62,679 nt of DNA, filler included, from a bacterium (GCA_027004335.1; 12 parts of 12 records of this genome joined end to end with filler, not necessarily neighbours in it), one strand, 5' to 3'. Shown: positions 9,385-19,545, numbered from the whole stretch's first letter. The notes: generated by a model not told the origin, from the sequence alone. Numbers and translations: made by a program.

Positions 9385-9484
9385 NNNNNNNNNNNNNNNN
9401 NNNNNNNNNNNNNNNNNNNNNNNNNNNNTTAATTAATTAANNNNNNNNNNNNNNNNNNNNNNNNNNNNNNNNNNNNNNNNNNNN
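9385..9484. other. Artificial contig-joining spacer
   Basis: N44-TTAATTAATTAA-N44; the core has stops in all six frames. Confidence 0.98.
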
Positions 9485-9691
9485 CATCAATAGTAGTGCC
9501 GGAATTGAAGAAAATTATCATTATTACATCTTCAAAGAAGGTGGAATTGATGGAGGAAATACCATAGGGGTGGAGAGACATTCGCTCAAATCCCGTAAGG
9601 GCATATAAATTGCAATACCACAAATTTCACTTTCTGCCCTCTCAATAATTCCAGGCTTCGTCAAATCATACCCTTTCACGGAAGCAAATCC

Positions 9692-10228
9692 CTACCTCCT
9701 CTTATACTTCCCCATCACCTCAGCCTCTGAAAGGATATGACCCTTAATCGCTTGAAGAACAGCCTCTTTGGTGGCTCCGGGACCAAGATCGAGTTTCTTA
9801 TCAATTGCATAAAGTTTGAAAAAATATCTGTGGGCACCTGTAGGTGGGGGCGGACAGGGACCACCATACCCTATTCTCCCCCAGCTGTTTCTGCCCTGCG
9901 TAGTTCCATCCTTCATAATATCTTTTGTCGGGAAACGCTCGGGGAGTGATTTGACTGTAGCAGGAATGTTATAAATTACCCAATGTACCCATGTCCCCAT
10001 AGGAGCATCCGGGTCATCCATTATAAGGACGATGCTTTTAGCACCAGCAGGGACATTGCTCCACTCCAGAAGTGGAGAAATATCCTCTCCATCACAGGTG
10101 TACTTCATAGGGATATTCCCACCATTACTGAACGCAGGACTTTTAATTTCCATTTTCTTTCCCCCTTTTAACGGTAAAGCTAAAAAAACAAAAGCTAAAA
10201 AAGTAGAAAACAAAAGTAACTTTTTCAT
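9692..10228 (-). CDS. YbhB/YbcL family (PEBP/RKIP-like) protein with signal peptide
   Basis: YTCDGEDISP, DDPDAP.GTWVHWV, GYGGPCPP, HRYFFKLYA. Confidence 0.93.
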   Translation of the reverse strand: MKKLLLFSTFLAFVFLALPLKGGKKMEIKSPAFSNGGNIPMKYTCDGEDISPLLEWSNVPAGAKSIVLIMDDPDAPMGTWVHWVIYNIPATVKSLPERFPTKDIMKDGTTQGRNSWGRIGYGGPCPPPPTGAHRYFFKLYAIDKKLDLGPGATKEAVLQAIKGHILSEAEVMGKYKRR

Positions 10229-10330
10229 ATGGCCCCTCCTTCTAATAAATTATAGCACCAAATAGAAAAAAGAGGAAGGCTAAAAGGTAAAGAACCTATT
10301 ACATAAGAACCGACATTCTCATGAATTTCT

Positions 10331-11428
10331 TTACCACATCCTGTAAATTATTTTTATAATGCCCTCCTCATCAATCCTGAGGGAGCCCGGTTGAAGTTCC
10401 TTTAAATTTTTTATCTTAACAATAGTATGACTCTTTATTTCATCAAAATCTCTGTTATTTTCATTTCTATGCCTGTCCAGTCGCTCAATTTCTGCCCATT
10501 TATTATCACTGCAGGCACGAAATTTTACCTTTCCTTTTTCCTTTCTTAACTCCGTAAAAGCATGCCAGAGTTCCCCCTCAAGGGAGTTCTTTTTGAGAAG
10601 ATATTGTGAATAATTGATATCTTTTTTCATCAAAATGGCATAACTAAATTTGATCTTTTTAAAATCTCTTTTGAGCATGTTCCCGAGAGCTCTTGTAAGT
10701 TCGGGGGGGTCCCATTCCCTTGAAACATGACACCATTCATCGGGTTTACTGGAAAGAGGACAGATATCGCTGGAAAGACACGGAGCATACACATGCAAGC
10801 TACATTTTGAAACAGCGTAGTTTCTCAATTCTATCAGATCCCTTGATTCCCTTTTGGCACCAGGCTCAATAACCACAACTGCTCCTTCAGAAGATAAAAT
10901 CTCAGAGATCCTCTCCATAAAGGAAAAATCTCCCAGTCTTACATAAAATTCTTTAAAGGAGTTGCTCATGAAAATTAGATCAAATGGGCCGTCTACTTTA
11001 TTTATATATTTTACAAAATCACCTCTGAAAAATTTCACATTTACATGGTTTGTCCTGTGAGTTTTCAATACCTTATGGATCAATCTTCTACCATGATCAT
11101 TTGCCAGAGAAGATCTTTCAACGATTGTGAAGTTAAGTTCCTCCGGAAACTTTTTCTTATCACTGAGATAAATAATGAGAGCAGCTGCAGAGGGAGAAAG
11201 ACCGGCCACTANNNNNNNNNNAAACTGAAGTTCATTAATAACAAGGTAATTTTTCAATACACTTTGAGGATAAAAGTAGTATAGATACGCAAACAGATTT
11301 TTTTCCTTATCAAAATAGTTCACCACACCGTTTTCAAGAAAAATATCTGACAATTTACGAAGAGTATGATAAAGCTCCTTTCTATTGTACTTTACATCCT
11401 GATAAATATAATGAAAAAGCCTTTCCAT
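10331..11428 (-). CDS. Rsm22/METTL17-like SAM-dependent methyltransferase (N10 gap at 11212-11221)
   Basis: AY..YF.P, IEPG, APC....CP.....WCH, FSY motifs typical of the Rsm22 family. Confidence 0.7.
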   Translation of the reverse strand: MERLFHYIYQDVKYNRKELYHTLRKLSDIFLENGVVNYFDKEKNLFAYLYYFYPQSVLKNYLVINELQFXXXXVAGLSPSAAALIIYLSDKKKFPEELNFTIVERSSLANDHGRRLIHKVLKTHRTNHVNVKFFRGDFVKYINKVDGPFDLIFMSNSFKEFYVRLGDFSFMERISEILSSEGAVVVIEPGAKRESRDLIELRNYAVSKCSLHVYAPCLSSDICPLSSKPDEWCHVSREWDPPELTRALGNMLKRDFKKIKFSYAILMKKDINYSQYLLKKNSLEGELWHAFTELRKEKGKVKFRACSDNKWAEIERLDRHRNENNRDFDEIKSHTIVKIKNLKELQPGSLRIDEEGIIKIIYRMW

Positions 11429-11447
11429 TTTTACTACCGGAAGAAAA

Positions 11448-11525
11448 TGGCGCCCCGGACAGGATTCGAACCTGCGACACCAGGCTCCGGAGGCCTGCGC
11501 TCTATCCTGGCTGAGCTACCGGGGC
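11448..11525 (-). tRNA. tRNA-Arg(CCG)
   Basis: GCCCCGG acceptor stem, anticodon arm CAGGC-CT-CCG-GA-GCCTG, T loop GGTTCGAATCC, encoded 3' CCA. Confidence 0.97.
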
Positions 11526-11594
11526 ATTTGTGTATTATTTTATAACTTATCGGGAAAAGGGCAAAGCAAATAAGCACTTCATGCCATGCGACAA

Positions 11595-11622
11595 TTGCTT
11601 TTTTCATGGTATCTTATATACT
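11595..11622 (+). promoter_or_regulatory. Probable sigma-70 promoter of the miaB operon
   Basis: TTGCTT-16 bp-TATACT upstream of GAGG and GTG 11644. Confidence 0.5.
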
Positions 11623-11643
11623 AAATCTTAGAGGATTTCAAGA

Positions 11644-12972
11644 GTGAGAGTTTATATTGAGACCTACGGTTGTCAGATGAATGAGTATGATTCCCTGATG
11701 ATGGGGACGATTTTAAAAGCACAGGGATACTCTATAACCTCCACACCCGAAGACGCAGATGTCCTAATAGTTAACACCTGCAGCGTAAGAGAAAAACCCG
11801 AGCATAAAGTATTCAGTGCCGCAGGGAGACTCAGGAAATTTAAAGAAAAAAACCATGGGAAATTGATCGTTACAGGATGCACAGCTCAGCAGATTGGAGA
11901 GGAGTTTATAAAAAAAATGCCATATGTTGATGCAGTGGTTGGTCCCCACTATACCCAGCAGATTGATGATATTTTAGATGAAATTGACAGGACTGGAAAA
12001 GTTGTAAAAACTTCTTTTCTGAATTCCCCAATGGAAAGGTTCAGGAAAAAATTCTCACCTTCTCTTATAAGGGGAGTCTCGGCATATGTAACAATAATGG
12101 AGGGGTGCGATAATTTCTGCACCTACTGTATCGTTCCCTATGTCAGGGGAAGAGAGATATCAAGGTCCCATCAGGATATTATTGAAGATATCAGGCATCT
12201 AATTTCAGAGGGAATAAAGGATATAACTCTGCTAGGGCAGAATGTCAATTCCTATGGGAGAAAAGACCCTGATGAGTGGGATTTCACGAGATTGTTAGAA
12301 GAGGTTGCAAATATACCGGGGGTTAAAAGACTGAGATTCATTACCAGTCATCCAAAGGATATGTCTGACGAGATAATTAATCTTTTCAAAAAATACACTA
12401 ATATTGTTCCCTACCTGCATCTTCCCCTCCAATCAGCTTCAAACAGAATCTTAAAACTCATGAACAGAAAATATACAGTGGAGCGCTATTTCAATATCGT
12501 TGAAAAACTGAGAGAAGCAAGACCTGAAATAGCCCTTACAACGGATCTCATAGTGGGGTTCCCCGGAGAAACCGATAAAGATTTTGAAGAGACATTAAAA
12601 GCAGTAGAAAAAATAAGATATGACAATTTCTTCTCCTTTAAATATTCTCCAAGGCCATTCACAAAAGCAGCTCAATTCCCGGATAGAGTTCCACCTGAAA
12701 CAGCTCAGAAGAGACTGGAGATCCTGCAGTCCATCCAGCGGAAGATAACCCTTGAGAAAAATAGAGAAAAAACAGGAACTATACAGGAAGTACTGGTGGA
12801 GGGAAAGAGTAAGAAAAATCCTCTGGAGATATCTGGAAGAACCCCGTGCAACAGGATAGTAAATTTCCCGGGACCCACTGAACTCAGGGGAAAAATTGTT
12901 AAGGTTCGGATCACAGAAGCATATCAGAACTCACTGAGAGGTGAATTATTAAAAGAAAAAGTAATCGCGTAA
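11644..12972 (+). CDS. miaB: tRNA-2-methylthio-N6-dimethylallyladenosine synthase
   Basis: TYGCQMNEYDS, NTCSVREK, radical SAM CDNFCTYC, C-terminal TRAM domain. Confidence 0.97.
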   Translation: MRVYIETYGCQMNEYDSLMMGTILKAQGYSITSTPEDADVLIVNTCSVREKPEHKVFSAAGRLRKFKEKNHGKLIVTGCTAQQIGEEFIKKMPYVDAVVGPHYTQQIDDILDEIDRTGKVVKTSFLNSPMERFRKKFSPSLIRGVSAYVTIMEGCDNFCTYCIVPYVRGREISRSHQDIIEDIRHLISEGIKDITLLGQNVNSYGRKDPDEWDFTRLLEEVANIPGVKRLRFITSHPKDMSDEIINLFKKYTNIVPYLHLPLQSASNRILKLMNRKYTVERYFNIVEKLREARPEIALTTDLIVGFPGETDKDFEETLKAVEKIRYDNFFSFKYSPRPFTKAAQFPDRVPPETAQKRLEILQSIQRKITLEKNREKTGTIQEVLVEGKSKKNPLEISGRTPCNRIVNFPGPTELRGKIVKVRITEAYQNSLRGELLKEKVIA

Positions 12973-12998
12973 TATGGACATCACTTGCAATTTTTCAG

Positions 12999-13304
12999 AT
13001 GATCTTTCTATATTACCTTTCTTCTATTCCGGGAAAGGAACTTGTACCTTTACCATATGGGGCGGACAAGGTGATTCACTTCTCTCTTTACCTTCTTCTA
13101 GGAGTTTTCCTCACCGGAGCATTGCCAGAAAAAAAAATTTGGGCAATAATTATAGGGACAATTTACGGAGTGCTGGATGAGCTGCACCAGAGTTTTATAC
13201 CATACAGAAGCTGTTCTTTTTATGATTGGCTGGCAGACGCAGCAGGAGTAATTGTGGGAATTTACTTATGGATAATATGGGAAAAAATAAAGAAAAAAGA
13301 TTGA
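12999..13304 (+). CDS. VanZ family membrane protein
   Basis: DKVIHF..Y, YG..DELHQSFIP.R....D..AD..G. Confidence 0.9.
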   Translation: MIFLYYLSSIPGKELVPLPYGADKVIHFSLYLLLGVFLTGALPEKKIWAIIIGTIYGVLDELHQSFIPYRSCSFYDWLADAAGVIVGIYLWIIWEKIKKKD

Positions 13305-15055
13305 GCCTTTCAATACACTCTGACAATATTGGACTAACCTCTTCTATTCAAACGGTCTCAAGAAAATTAGGACTAACTATTGTAGAAAAGGATGGAAATA
13401 TATCTGTTATTGACTTAGAATCTCAGGTAGGCACAAATCCCCGAACAATCAAATCCAGAGTAAAAATTTTTGCAGGAACATTAAAAACACTGAAAAACTT
13501 TCTCAAGATGGAGAAAACAGAAGATTTTGAATATATCATTATCCCTGCTGAATTATCAGAGGTAGAGGCTATCCTTCGCAAGAGTATAAATCTCATAAAA
13601 CTCCAATTTGAAGTGAACCACGCTCTAAAAGAAAGCCTTGAATATTATACCACTTTCCTTGAAATGAAAAAGTCTTTGAAATTCCTTGAGATATCCGATC
13701 CTGATCTTAAGACTGAAGAGATTCTTAATTTCCTGGAATTGGAAATAGGCGAAACAAACATAGAGATATGGCTGTACGATTTTGATGAAAAAACACTAAA
13801 CCTTGCAGGGATAAGAGGAACATACATTGCCGAGGAAAAGCTCCCTTCAGGAATAAAAGAAAAATTTACCCCTGAAGGTAATCCAATAACTTATGAAAAC
13901 GGTACACTTCTTCCCCTTACAAATAGAGGAAAGATATTTGGAATAATCCGATTTAGGAAAAAACTGAATGAAACAGAGCTAAAAAAACTTCAAATTTACA
14001 GAGAATTCCTTTCCATGGCTCTTTTCAACAGCCTCAAATATTTTTATCAGAAAAGGGAAATCTCAACTTTTGCTCAGAAAGGCGTTCTCAAAAAGGAAGT
14101 TTTACTTGAGTTTATAAAAAAAGGATTGCATCAGTCCAGAAGATATTCTAATCCCATCTCCTTCCTTCTGTTTAGACTTGAGAACAAGGAGACTTTAATG
14201 AAACTTTTTGGAGACACTGTTGGAAAAAAATGGAAGAAATTTATAAATGATATTGCTCAGACCCTCCGCGCCAGTGATGTTATAGGAGAAATCAATAGCG
14301 ATTCCTATCTCATTATCTTAACCAGTACAGATTATATGGGTGTTATCTATTTTCTGAGGAGATTTAAAAACATTTTAAGAACCCATTCAATCTTTTCAAA
14401 AGGGGGAAAGACGGGAGAACTTGTTGTAAAATACAATATTGCTTCTTATCCAGTTACAGGTACTACATGGACAGAGCTGGAATCAACACTGTTTAACGGG
14501 CTCAACGACAAATACAATCCTTTCTTCGGATTTAAAATTGGCAATCTCAGTTTTCCTGAAGTGGTGGATTACCTGAGGTCCGTGATCATGAAAAACAAAC
14601 TCCAGAATAAAGAAGAGCTCGCACCGAGATTCTGGGGAATAAACAAAAGCACCATTATTACACAAATAGAAACCTTTATAAGAGAAATGATAAGTCATGG
14701 AAACAGGGGAATAGGGTATATTAATCTCCCATGGTTTAAAAAAGAAGAGTTCCTGGATCTTTTAGAAAAATATCTTGATGCAGGAAACGACACCGCCTTT
14801 CCGGTTTTTTTCTTTACAAACAAAATGGATATCCCAGCAAAAACAGGCTACGGAAGAAAATATATTATAGCTATTGATAATGAGATCTTAATGAAATATG
14901 GTTTTATAATACTGCTGAGCCACTGGGGAAGCTATCTTCATATTTTCTGGAAGGATGAAGATTTATTCCCAGGAATCCACTGCAGTGATACACTCTTAGT
15001 AGAAGAAGTTGTGGAAAAATTGCAGAGATTTTTATATCTGAAACCGCCGGTGTAG
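13277..15055 (+). CDS. Signalling protein: receiver-like N-terminus, GAF-like domain, degenerate GGDEF domain, unknown C-terminus (start uncertain)
   Basis: LPLTNRGKIFGII GAF end; RRYSNPISFLLF and LRASDVIGEINSDSYLIIL in place of R.xD...RYGGDEF. Confidence 0.7.
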   Translation: MGKNKEKRLSLSIHSDNIGLTSSIQTVSRKLGLTIVEKDGNISVIDLESQVGTNPRTIKSRVKIFAGTLKTLKNFLKMEKTEDFEYIIIPAELSEVEAILRKSINLIKLQFEVNHALKESLEYYTTFLEMKKSLKFLEISDPDLKTEEILNFLELEIGETNIEIWLYDFDEKTLNLAGIRGTYIAEEKLPSGIKEKFTPEGNPITYENGTLLPLTNRGKIFGIIRFRKKLNETELKKLQIYREFLSMALFNSLKYFYQKREISTFAQKGVLKKEVLLEFIKKGLHQSRRYSNPISFLLFRLENKETLMKLFGDTVGKKWKKFINDIAQTLRASDVIGEINSDSYLIILTSTDYMGVIYFLRRFKNILRTHSIFSKGGKTGELVVKYNIASYPVTGTTWTELESTLFNGLNDKYNPFFGFKIGNLSFPEVVDYLRSVIMKNKLQNKEELAPRFWGINKSTIITQIETFIREMISHGNRGIGYINLPWFKKEEFLDLLEKYLDAGNDTAFPVFFFTNKMDIPAKTGYGRKYIIAIDNEILMKYGFIILLSHWGSYLHIFWKDEDLFPGIHCSDTLLVEEVVEKLQRFLYLKPPV

Positions 15056-15059
15056 GAAA

Positions 15060-16511
15060 ATGACAGGAAAAATTTTAATAGTTTCAAACAGAGAAGAAGA
15101 CCTTTTACTCATTGAAGAGTACCTTCACCATTTTCCGAGCGGAATAGATGTAGCAGGAGATGGTATTCAGGCTCTCCATAAGATCCTGTCAAGTAGATAT
15201 ACAGTAGTAGTTGCCTTTCCTCCTCTTGAACTTTTGGATATTGATAAGCTTATTGAAATTGTCAGGACCAATCCCAATACATCATCAATCCCCTTCTTGG
15301 TAATTTATCAGAGTAGAGAAGCAATTAACCCAGGTATTAGAGCGGATGTCCTCATTGCAAAACCATTAGAGCCTGAAACTTTTATTACAACCCTAAATGA
15401 AATGCTTCCCTCCACCCGAATAAAAAAACAGCTTCAAAAAAAGAAAGTAATTTCTTTTAACCTAAACGAAATTTCTGTGATAGATATACTCCAGCTCCTC
15501 TACCAGAACAAGAAAACAGGGGTTCTTGACCTTGAAATTGAAGATAAGAAAGGGAAGATTTATCTCCAGAATGGAGAGATCGTAACGGCAAGAATAGGCC
15601 AACTAAAAGGAGAAAAAGCACTATACAGAATTTTTGAAAGTAACATTGGATCCTCCACATTCATCAATCAAATAGTAGAGAGCCAGAAAGATATCATGTA
15701 CCCAACACCCCACCTTATCCTCAAGGGAATAAAGGAAAAAGATGAGGCAAAGAAATATATGGAAGAACTGGAAGGAATAAGAGAATTCAAGATTGCAAAA
15801 GATTACCAGACAAAACTGAAAGAAAGCGATTCTCTGGTCAAGGAAATAATTTCACTGCTTAATTACACCACCTATTTAAATGTGATCCTGGATTCTCTAA
15901 ATATGCCTGACTCCGAGGTACTGAAAATTTTGAAAGAACTAATTGATAGGGGCATTATTATACCTCAGAAAGGTGAAGAATCAGAAATAGAGAAAAGTCA
16001 GGGGATTATATCTCCAGAACAGGAGAAAAACCTGGTTGATCTTTTCTCCGACAGGCTTGCTTTCCAGGCTCCAGCATATAGAGGAATAATTATCCTGGTA
16101 CCTGAATACCCTGAACAATCCGACAGGATCACAAAATTTTTAATAAGGGAAAAAATAAATGAGAATCCGGATAATCTTATAGAATTTTCAGGCATATTTC
16201 CGCTCTCCAGGAGAGCTATCTTCAATTTCTACATTGTAGTGGACATTGAAAAAACTTTTCCCTTTATAAATACCTTTAAAAAAAACATAGTATCTGTGCT
16301 TTACCTGTATGATGAGTTCACTCAGGATGCTCTCTACCTCACAGAGCAGAGAAGCAGGCTTCTCGATCTTGCAGGAATTAAATATTCTTCACTGTTTTTT
16401 GATAAAAGTACTGATAAGGATGCTCTCTTTATGCCTGAAGTAAGCAAAAAAAGTTTTCTGGATCTCATTAAAGAACTGGTAAAGATAGAGCTAAAAGGGA
16501 GGAAAGAATGA
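15060..16511 (+). CDS. Pseudo-receiver plus DUF4388 (PATAN-like) domain protein
   Basis: REC fold (A.DG..AL, IPFL, KP) without the phospho-acceptor Asp; L.EISVIDILQLL.QNKKTG.L...G.IYL..GEIV.A.....GEKALYR. Confidence 0.8.
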   Translation: MTGKILIVSNREEDLLLIEEYLHHFPSGIDVAGDGIQALHKILSSRYTVVVAFPPLELLDIDKLIEIVRTNPNTSSIPFLVIYQSREAINPGIRADVLIAKPLEPETFITTLNEMLPSTRIKKQLQKKKVISFNLNEISVIDILQLLYQNKKTGVLDLEIEDKKGKIYLQNGEIVTARIGQLKGEKALYRIFESNIGSSTFINQIVESQKDIMYPTPHLILKGIKEKDEAKKYMEELEGIREFKIAKDYQTKLKESDSLVKEIISLLNYTTYLNVILDSLNMPDSEVLKILKELIDRGIIIPQKGEESEIEKSQGIISPEQEKNLVDLFSDRLAFQAPAYRGIIILVPEYPEQSDRITKFLIREKINENPDNLIEFSGIFPLSRRAIFNFYIVVDIEKTFPFINTFKKNIVSVLYLYDEFTQDALYLTEQRSRLLDLAGIKYSSLFFDKSTDKDALFMPEVSKKSFLDLIKELVKIELKGRKE

Positions 16512-17158
16512 TTGATCTTCATACACATTCGCTTTTCAGCGACGGAGAATTGATCCCTGCAGAGCTGATCAGAAGAGCCGAAGATAAGGGATACCACTAT
16601 CTTGCCATCACTGACCATGTGGACTATTCTAACTACGCTTTTGTTATAGAACATCTCTCAGATGCTATTGAAAAGATGCAAAATAGTTTTAAGGTAAGAG
16701 TTTTCCCTGGCGTGGAAATTACCCATGTTCCACCCCCTCTGATTCCAGAATTAATTCACCTCTGCAGAGAAAAAGGTGCAAAAGTCGTAGTCATCCACGG
16801 TGAAACAATTGTTGAACCTGTGGCCCCTGGTACCAATAGAGCAGCTATTGAAGGTAGAGCAGATATTCTGGCACACCCCGGTTTAATCTCAGAAGAGGAT
16901 GTTAAGTTAGCCGCAGAGAAGGGAGTTAAACTTGAAATCACCACAAGGGGTGGACATTCCTATACCAACGGTCATGTGGCAAAACTTGCCAGAAAATATG
17001 GAGCAACCCTTATAATTGACACAGATTCTCACTCACCTTATGATCTTACTACCAGAGAAACAGCTACTAAAATTGCTATGGGGGCGGGGCTCTCCCGGGA
17101 AGAAGTGGAAGAAATTTTTAAAGAAACGGAAAGATGGATAAAAGAAAATCTGCTTTAA
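16508..17158 (+). CDS. PHP-domain phosphoesterase (histidinol-phosphatase-like)
   Basis: DLHTHS..SDG, ITDH, GVEITH, HGET, LAHPG, DSH. Confidence 0.9.
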   Translation: MIDLHTHSLFSDGELIPAELIRRAEDKGYHYLAITDHVDYSNYAFVIEHLSDAIEKMQNSFKVRVFPGVEITHVPPPLIPELIHLCREKGAKVVVIHGETIVEPVAPGTNRAAIEGRADILAHPGLISEEDVKLAAEKGVKLEITTRGGHSYTNGHVAKLARKYGATLIIDTDSHSPYDLTTRETATKIAMGAGLSREEVEEIFKETERWIKENLL

Positions 17159-17176
17159 TTAAAAATGGAGGTCAGT

Positions 17177-17611
17177 ATGAGCCAGACCAGAGAAATTACA
17201 CTGGATGAAAGAAAGCTATTGGAACTTGTTGAAAAATCTCGCAGGGTAAGAGAAAATGTAGAGAATCCTAACTTTACAATTTCAAAAGATACTCTTGAAT
17301 TCAACGGAAAGGTAAAGATCCCCGGATTGAGTAAGAAGATAACTATCACAGTTAAAAAGGAAGATTTTGACCCCTCAACGGGAGTGGTGAAATTTGAAAT
17401 AAAAGAAATTAAACCTTCTTTCTTCGGCCTGAGTAAAAAAATCCTCTCAATTATTCCTCCAAACAGGTATTTGGAGGTAGAAAAAAGCAAATTTTTACAT
17501 GCGAATTTAAAAAACATCCTGTCCAGGGTAAAATTTGTTGAAAGTGAAGATTTCAGTGTAGAAGATGTAAAAATAGATCCCGGGAAGATAACCATCATAG
17601 TTAAAGAATAA
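17177..17611 (+). CDS. Hypothetical protein
   Basis: GGAGG RBS before ATG 17177; tightly packed in the operon. Confidence 0.75.
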   Translation: MSQTREITLDERKLLELVEKSRRVRENVENPNFTISKDTLEFNGKVKIPGLSKKITITVKKEDFDPSTGVVKFEIKEIKPSFFGLSKKILSIIPPNRYLEVEKSKFLHANLKNILSRVKFVESEDFSVEDVKIDPGKITIIVKE

Positions 17612-17612
17612 A

Positions 17613-18263
17613 ATGGTTCTTCCAGATCAATTTCTTGAAAGACCAACACTCATACCGGTAAAAGATGAGACTGTTCTGGAAGGCCTTTACCAAAAAGGTG
17701 AAAGAGGAGCAGCTGTTATCGCTCCACCTCACCCAGAGTATGGCGGAAGTATGGAAAATCCAGTTGTAGCTGAAATGGTTTATGGCTTTTACAAAGCTGG
17801 ATATTCAACACTCAGATTTAATTTTAAGGGAGTAGGAGCAAGCCAGGGAGAAATCACAGGTGATCTTGATTCTGGAATGGAAGATTACCTATCTGCAGCA
17901 AATTTACAAAAAGAAAACACAGGTATGAGCCGACTCATTGGAAGCGGTTACTCCTACGGAGCTCTGATCACCCTGCTTGTTTATAAAAAATATGGTAAAT
18001 TACTGTTTAACAAAATTCTCCTGCTATCCCCCCCTGTGAAACTTTTTTCAATGGAATTAGAATCAATAAAGCTTCCAACACTTATAATTGCAGGTGGGGA
18101 AGACCAATTTGGAGATATAAGTATCTTTAAAAAAGCTGAAGAAGAAAACCCAGAGATCAAACTGGAAGTTATCCCTGAAGCTGACCACTTTTACTCCAAG
18201 GGCCTGGGAATAATAAGCAAGACCATAGAAAAATGGCTGGTAGAAGAAACAAAAAAAGAATGA
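17613..18263 (+). CDS. Alpha/beta hydrolase
   Basis: PHP.YGGSM.NPVV, LRFNF.GVG.S.G, GYSYG nucleophile, D and ADHF. Confidence 0.93.
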   Translation: MVLPDQFLERPTLIPVKDETVLEGLYQKGERGAAVIAPPHPEYGGSMENPVVAEMVYGFYKAGYSTLRFNFKGVGASQGEITGDLDSGMEDYLSAANLQKENTGMSRLIGSGYSYGALITLLVYKKYGKLLFNKILLLSPPVKLFSMELESIKLPTLIIAGGEDQFGDISIFKKAEEENPEIKLEVIPEADHFYSKGLGIISKTIEKWLVEETKKE

Positions 18264-18867
18264 GCATACCTGAGACACCCTCCATTCCTCCCCCAGAACC
18301 ACCTTCATGGAGGAAGCTTCACCCAATATTTGAAAGATCATACAGGTTTCACAGATACAAAAGATACAGAAAACTTGCAGCTCTCAGGCCTACCCATCAC
18401 AATGAAGTAATAATTTATGATGACGGTGACAGAGCTTACGATGAAATTCTAAAAGCCATAGAAGGAGCAGAAAAAAATATAAATATCTCCACCTACATTC
18501 TGGAATCTGACTATGTGGGAAGGATCTTCAAGGAGAAACTCATCAAAAAAGTAGTGGAGGGGGTGGAGGTAAATATAATATACGACGCTGTGGGCTCAAT
18601 GCGTGCATCAAGAAAATTTTTCAGGGAAATGAAAAATGCAGGAATTCACCTCGTTGTATTCCGCCCTCTGCTCTCCTTAAATCTTATAAAATTAAATAGA
18701 AGATTACACAGAAAATTATTCGTTATTGATGGTAAAATTGGGTTTATTGGTGGAATGAATATATCCTGTGAGTATGCAGGCCCCAAATTCCACGGTTACA
18801 ATTGGAGGGATCTTATGGCACGGGTTGATGGCCCCGCCGTGGGAGACCTTCAGGCAATGTTTATGGT
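18260..18867 (+). CDS. cls: Cardiolipin synthase / phospholipase D family (3' end cut)
   Basis: YDAVGS, HRK...IDG.IGFIGGMNI (HKD motif), WRD; ATGA overlap with the upstream gene. Confidence 0.9.
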
Positions 18868-18967
18868 NNNNNNNNNNNNNNNNNNNNNNNNNNNNNNNNN
18901 NNNNNNNNNNNTTAATTAATTAANNNNNNNNNNNNNNNNNNNNNNNNNNNNNNNNNNNNNNNNNNNN
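18868..18967. other. Artificial contig-joining spacer
   Basis: N44-TTAATTAATTAA-N44. Confidence 0.98.
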
Positions 18968-19419
18968 TCCACAGAATCAAAATTTTCACCAAAACCCCAG
19001 ATGTGTTCCCCTGCCCTGAGGTTTATATCTCCTATGAGATATCTCTTCTCCACATCAAGATCATCAAAAGGGGAAGATTTTACATTAAATTGGCTCTCAT
19101 CATCTGAATAAGAAAGACGGACTTCTATATCTTTTTCCTTTCCATCCACTGTGCATTTGTACTTTATTTTGTAAGTATTACTATTTTTCCAAATTGTTAT
19201 GTCACCTTTTATCTTACCTCCCATAGGACAAAATCCCGGTTTGAGCATCTCAAATATATTTTTCCCCCGCTTCCTAATAGAAATCAATAAATTGGTGGTG
19301 GTTTTAATAGAAATTGCTTGCCTCTCCTTCTCACTACTCCCTCCGCAACTCTGCATCAAGAAAAATATTATAAAAGTCAAAACATAAATAATGCTAATCC
19401 TGCTTTTTTTATAAATCAT
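18968..19419 (-). CDS. Lipoprotein, probable GH31 glycosidase N-terminus (3' end cut)
   Basis: Lipobox MQSC-GG; GEHIWGFGENF resembles the GH31 N-terminal E..YG.GE motif. Confidence 0.55.
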
Positions 19420-19509
19420 AAAACTAACTCCTTTTTAGATAAAATTATATCAAATAATTATATCCATATCAAAAGGTCAATGGGAACCCGTACAGAATAA
19501 GAAACTTAC

Positions 19510-19537
19510 TTGACATCAATACTTATCAAGGTAAAAT
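19510..19537 (+). promoter_or_regulatory. Sigma-70 promoter of the diguanylate cyclase gene
   Basis: TTGACA-16 bp-TAAAAT, 8 nt before ATG 19546. Confidence 0.65.
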
Positions 19538-19545
19538 TTCTTTAA

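Noticed and set aside
9429-9440. Repeated TTAATTAATTAA as a biological repeat or CRISPR-like unit
   Set aside because: Always embedded in N44 flanks and encodes stops in all six frames; an assembly spacer. ORF tails ending in XXX-LIN or XXX-N are artefacts.
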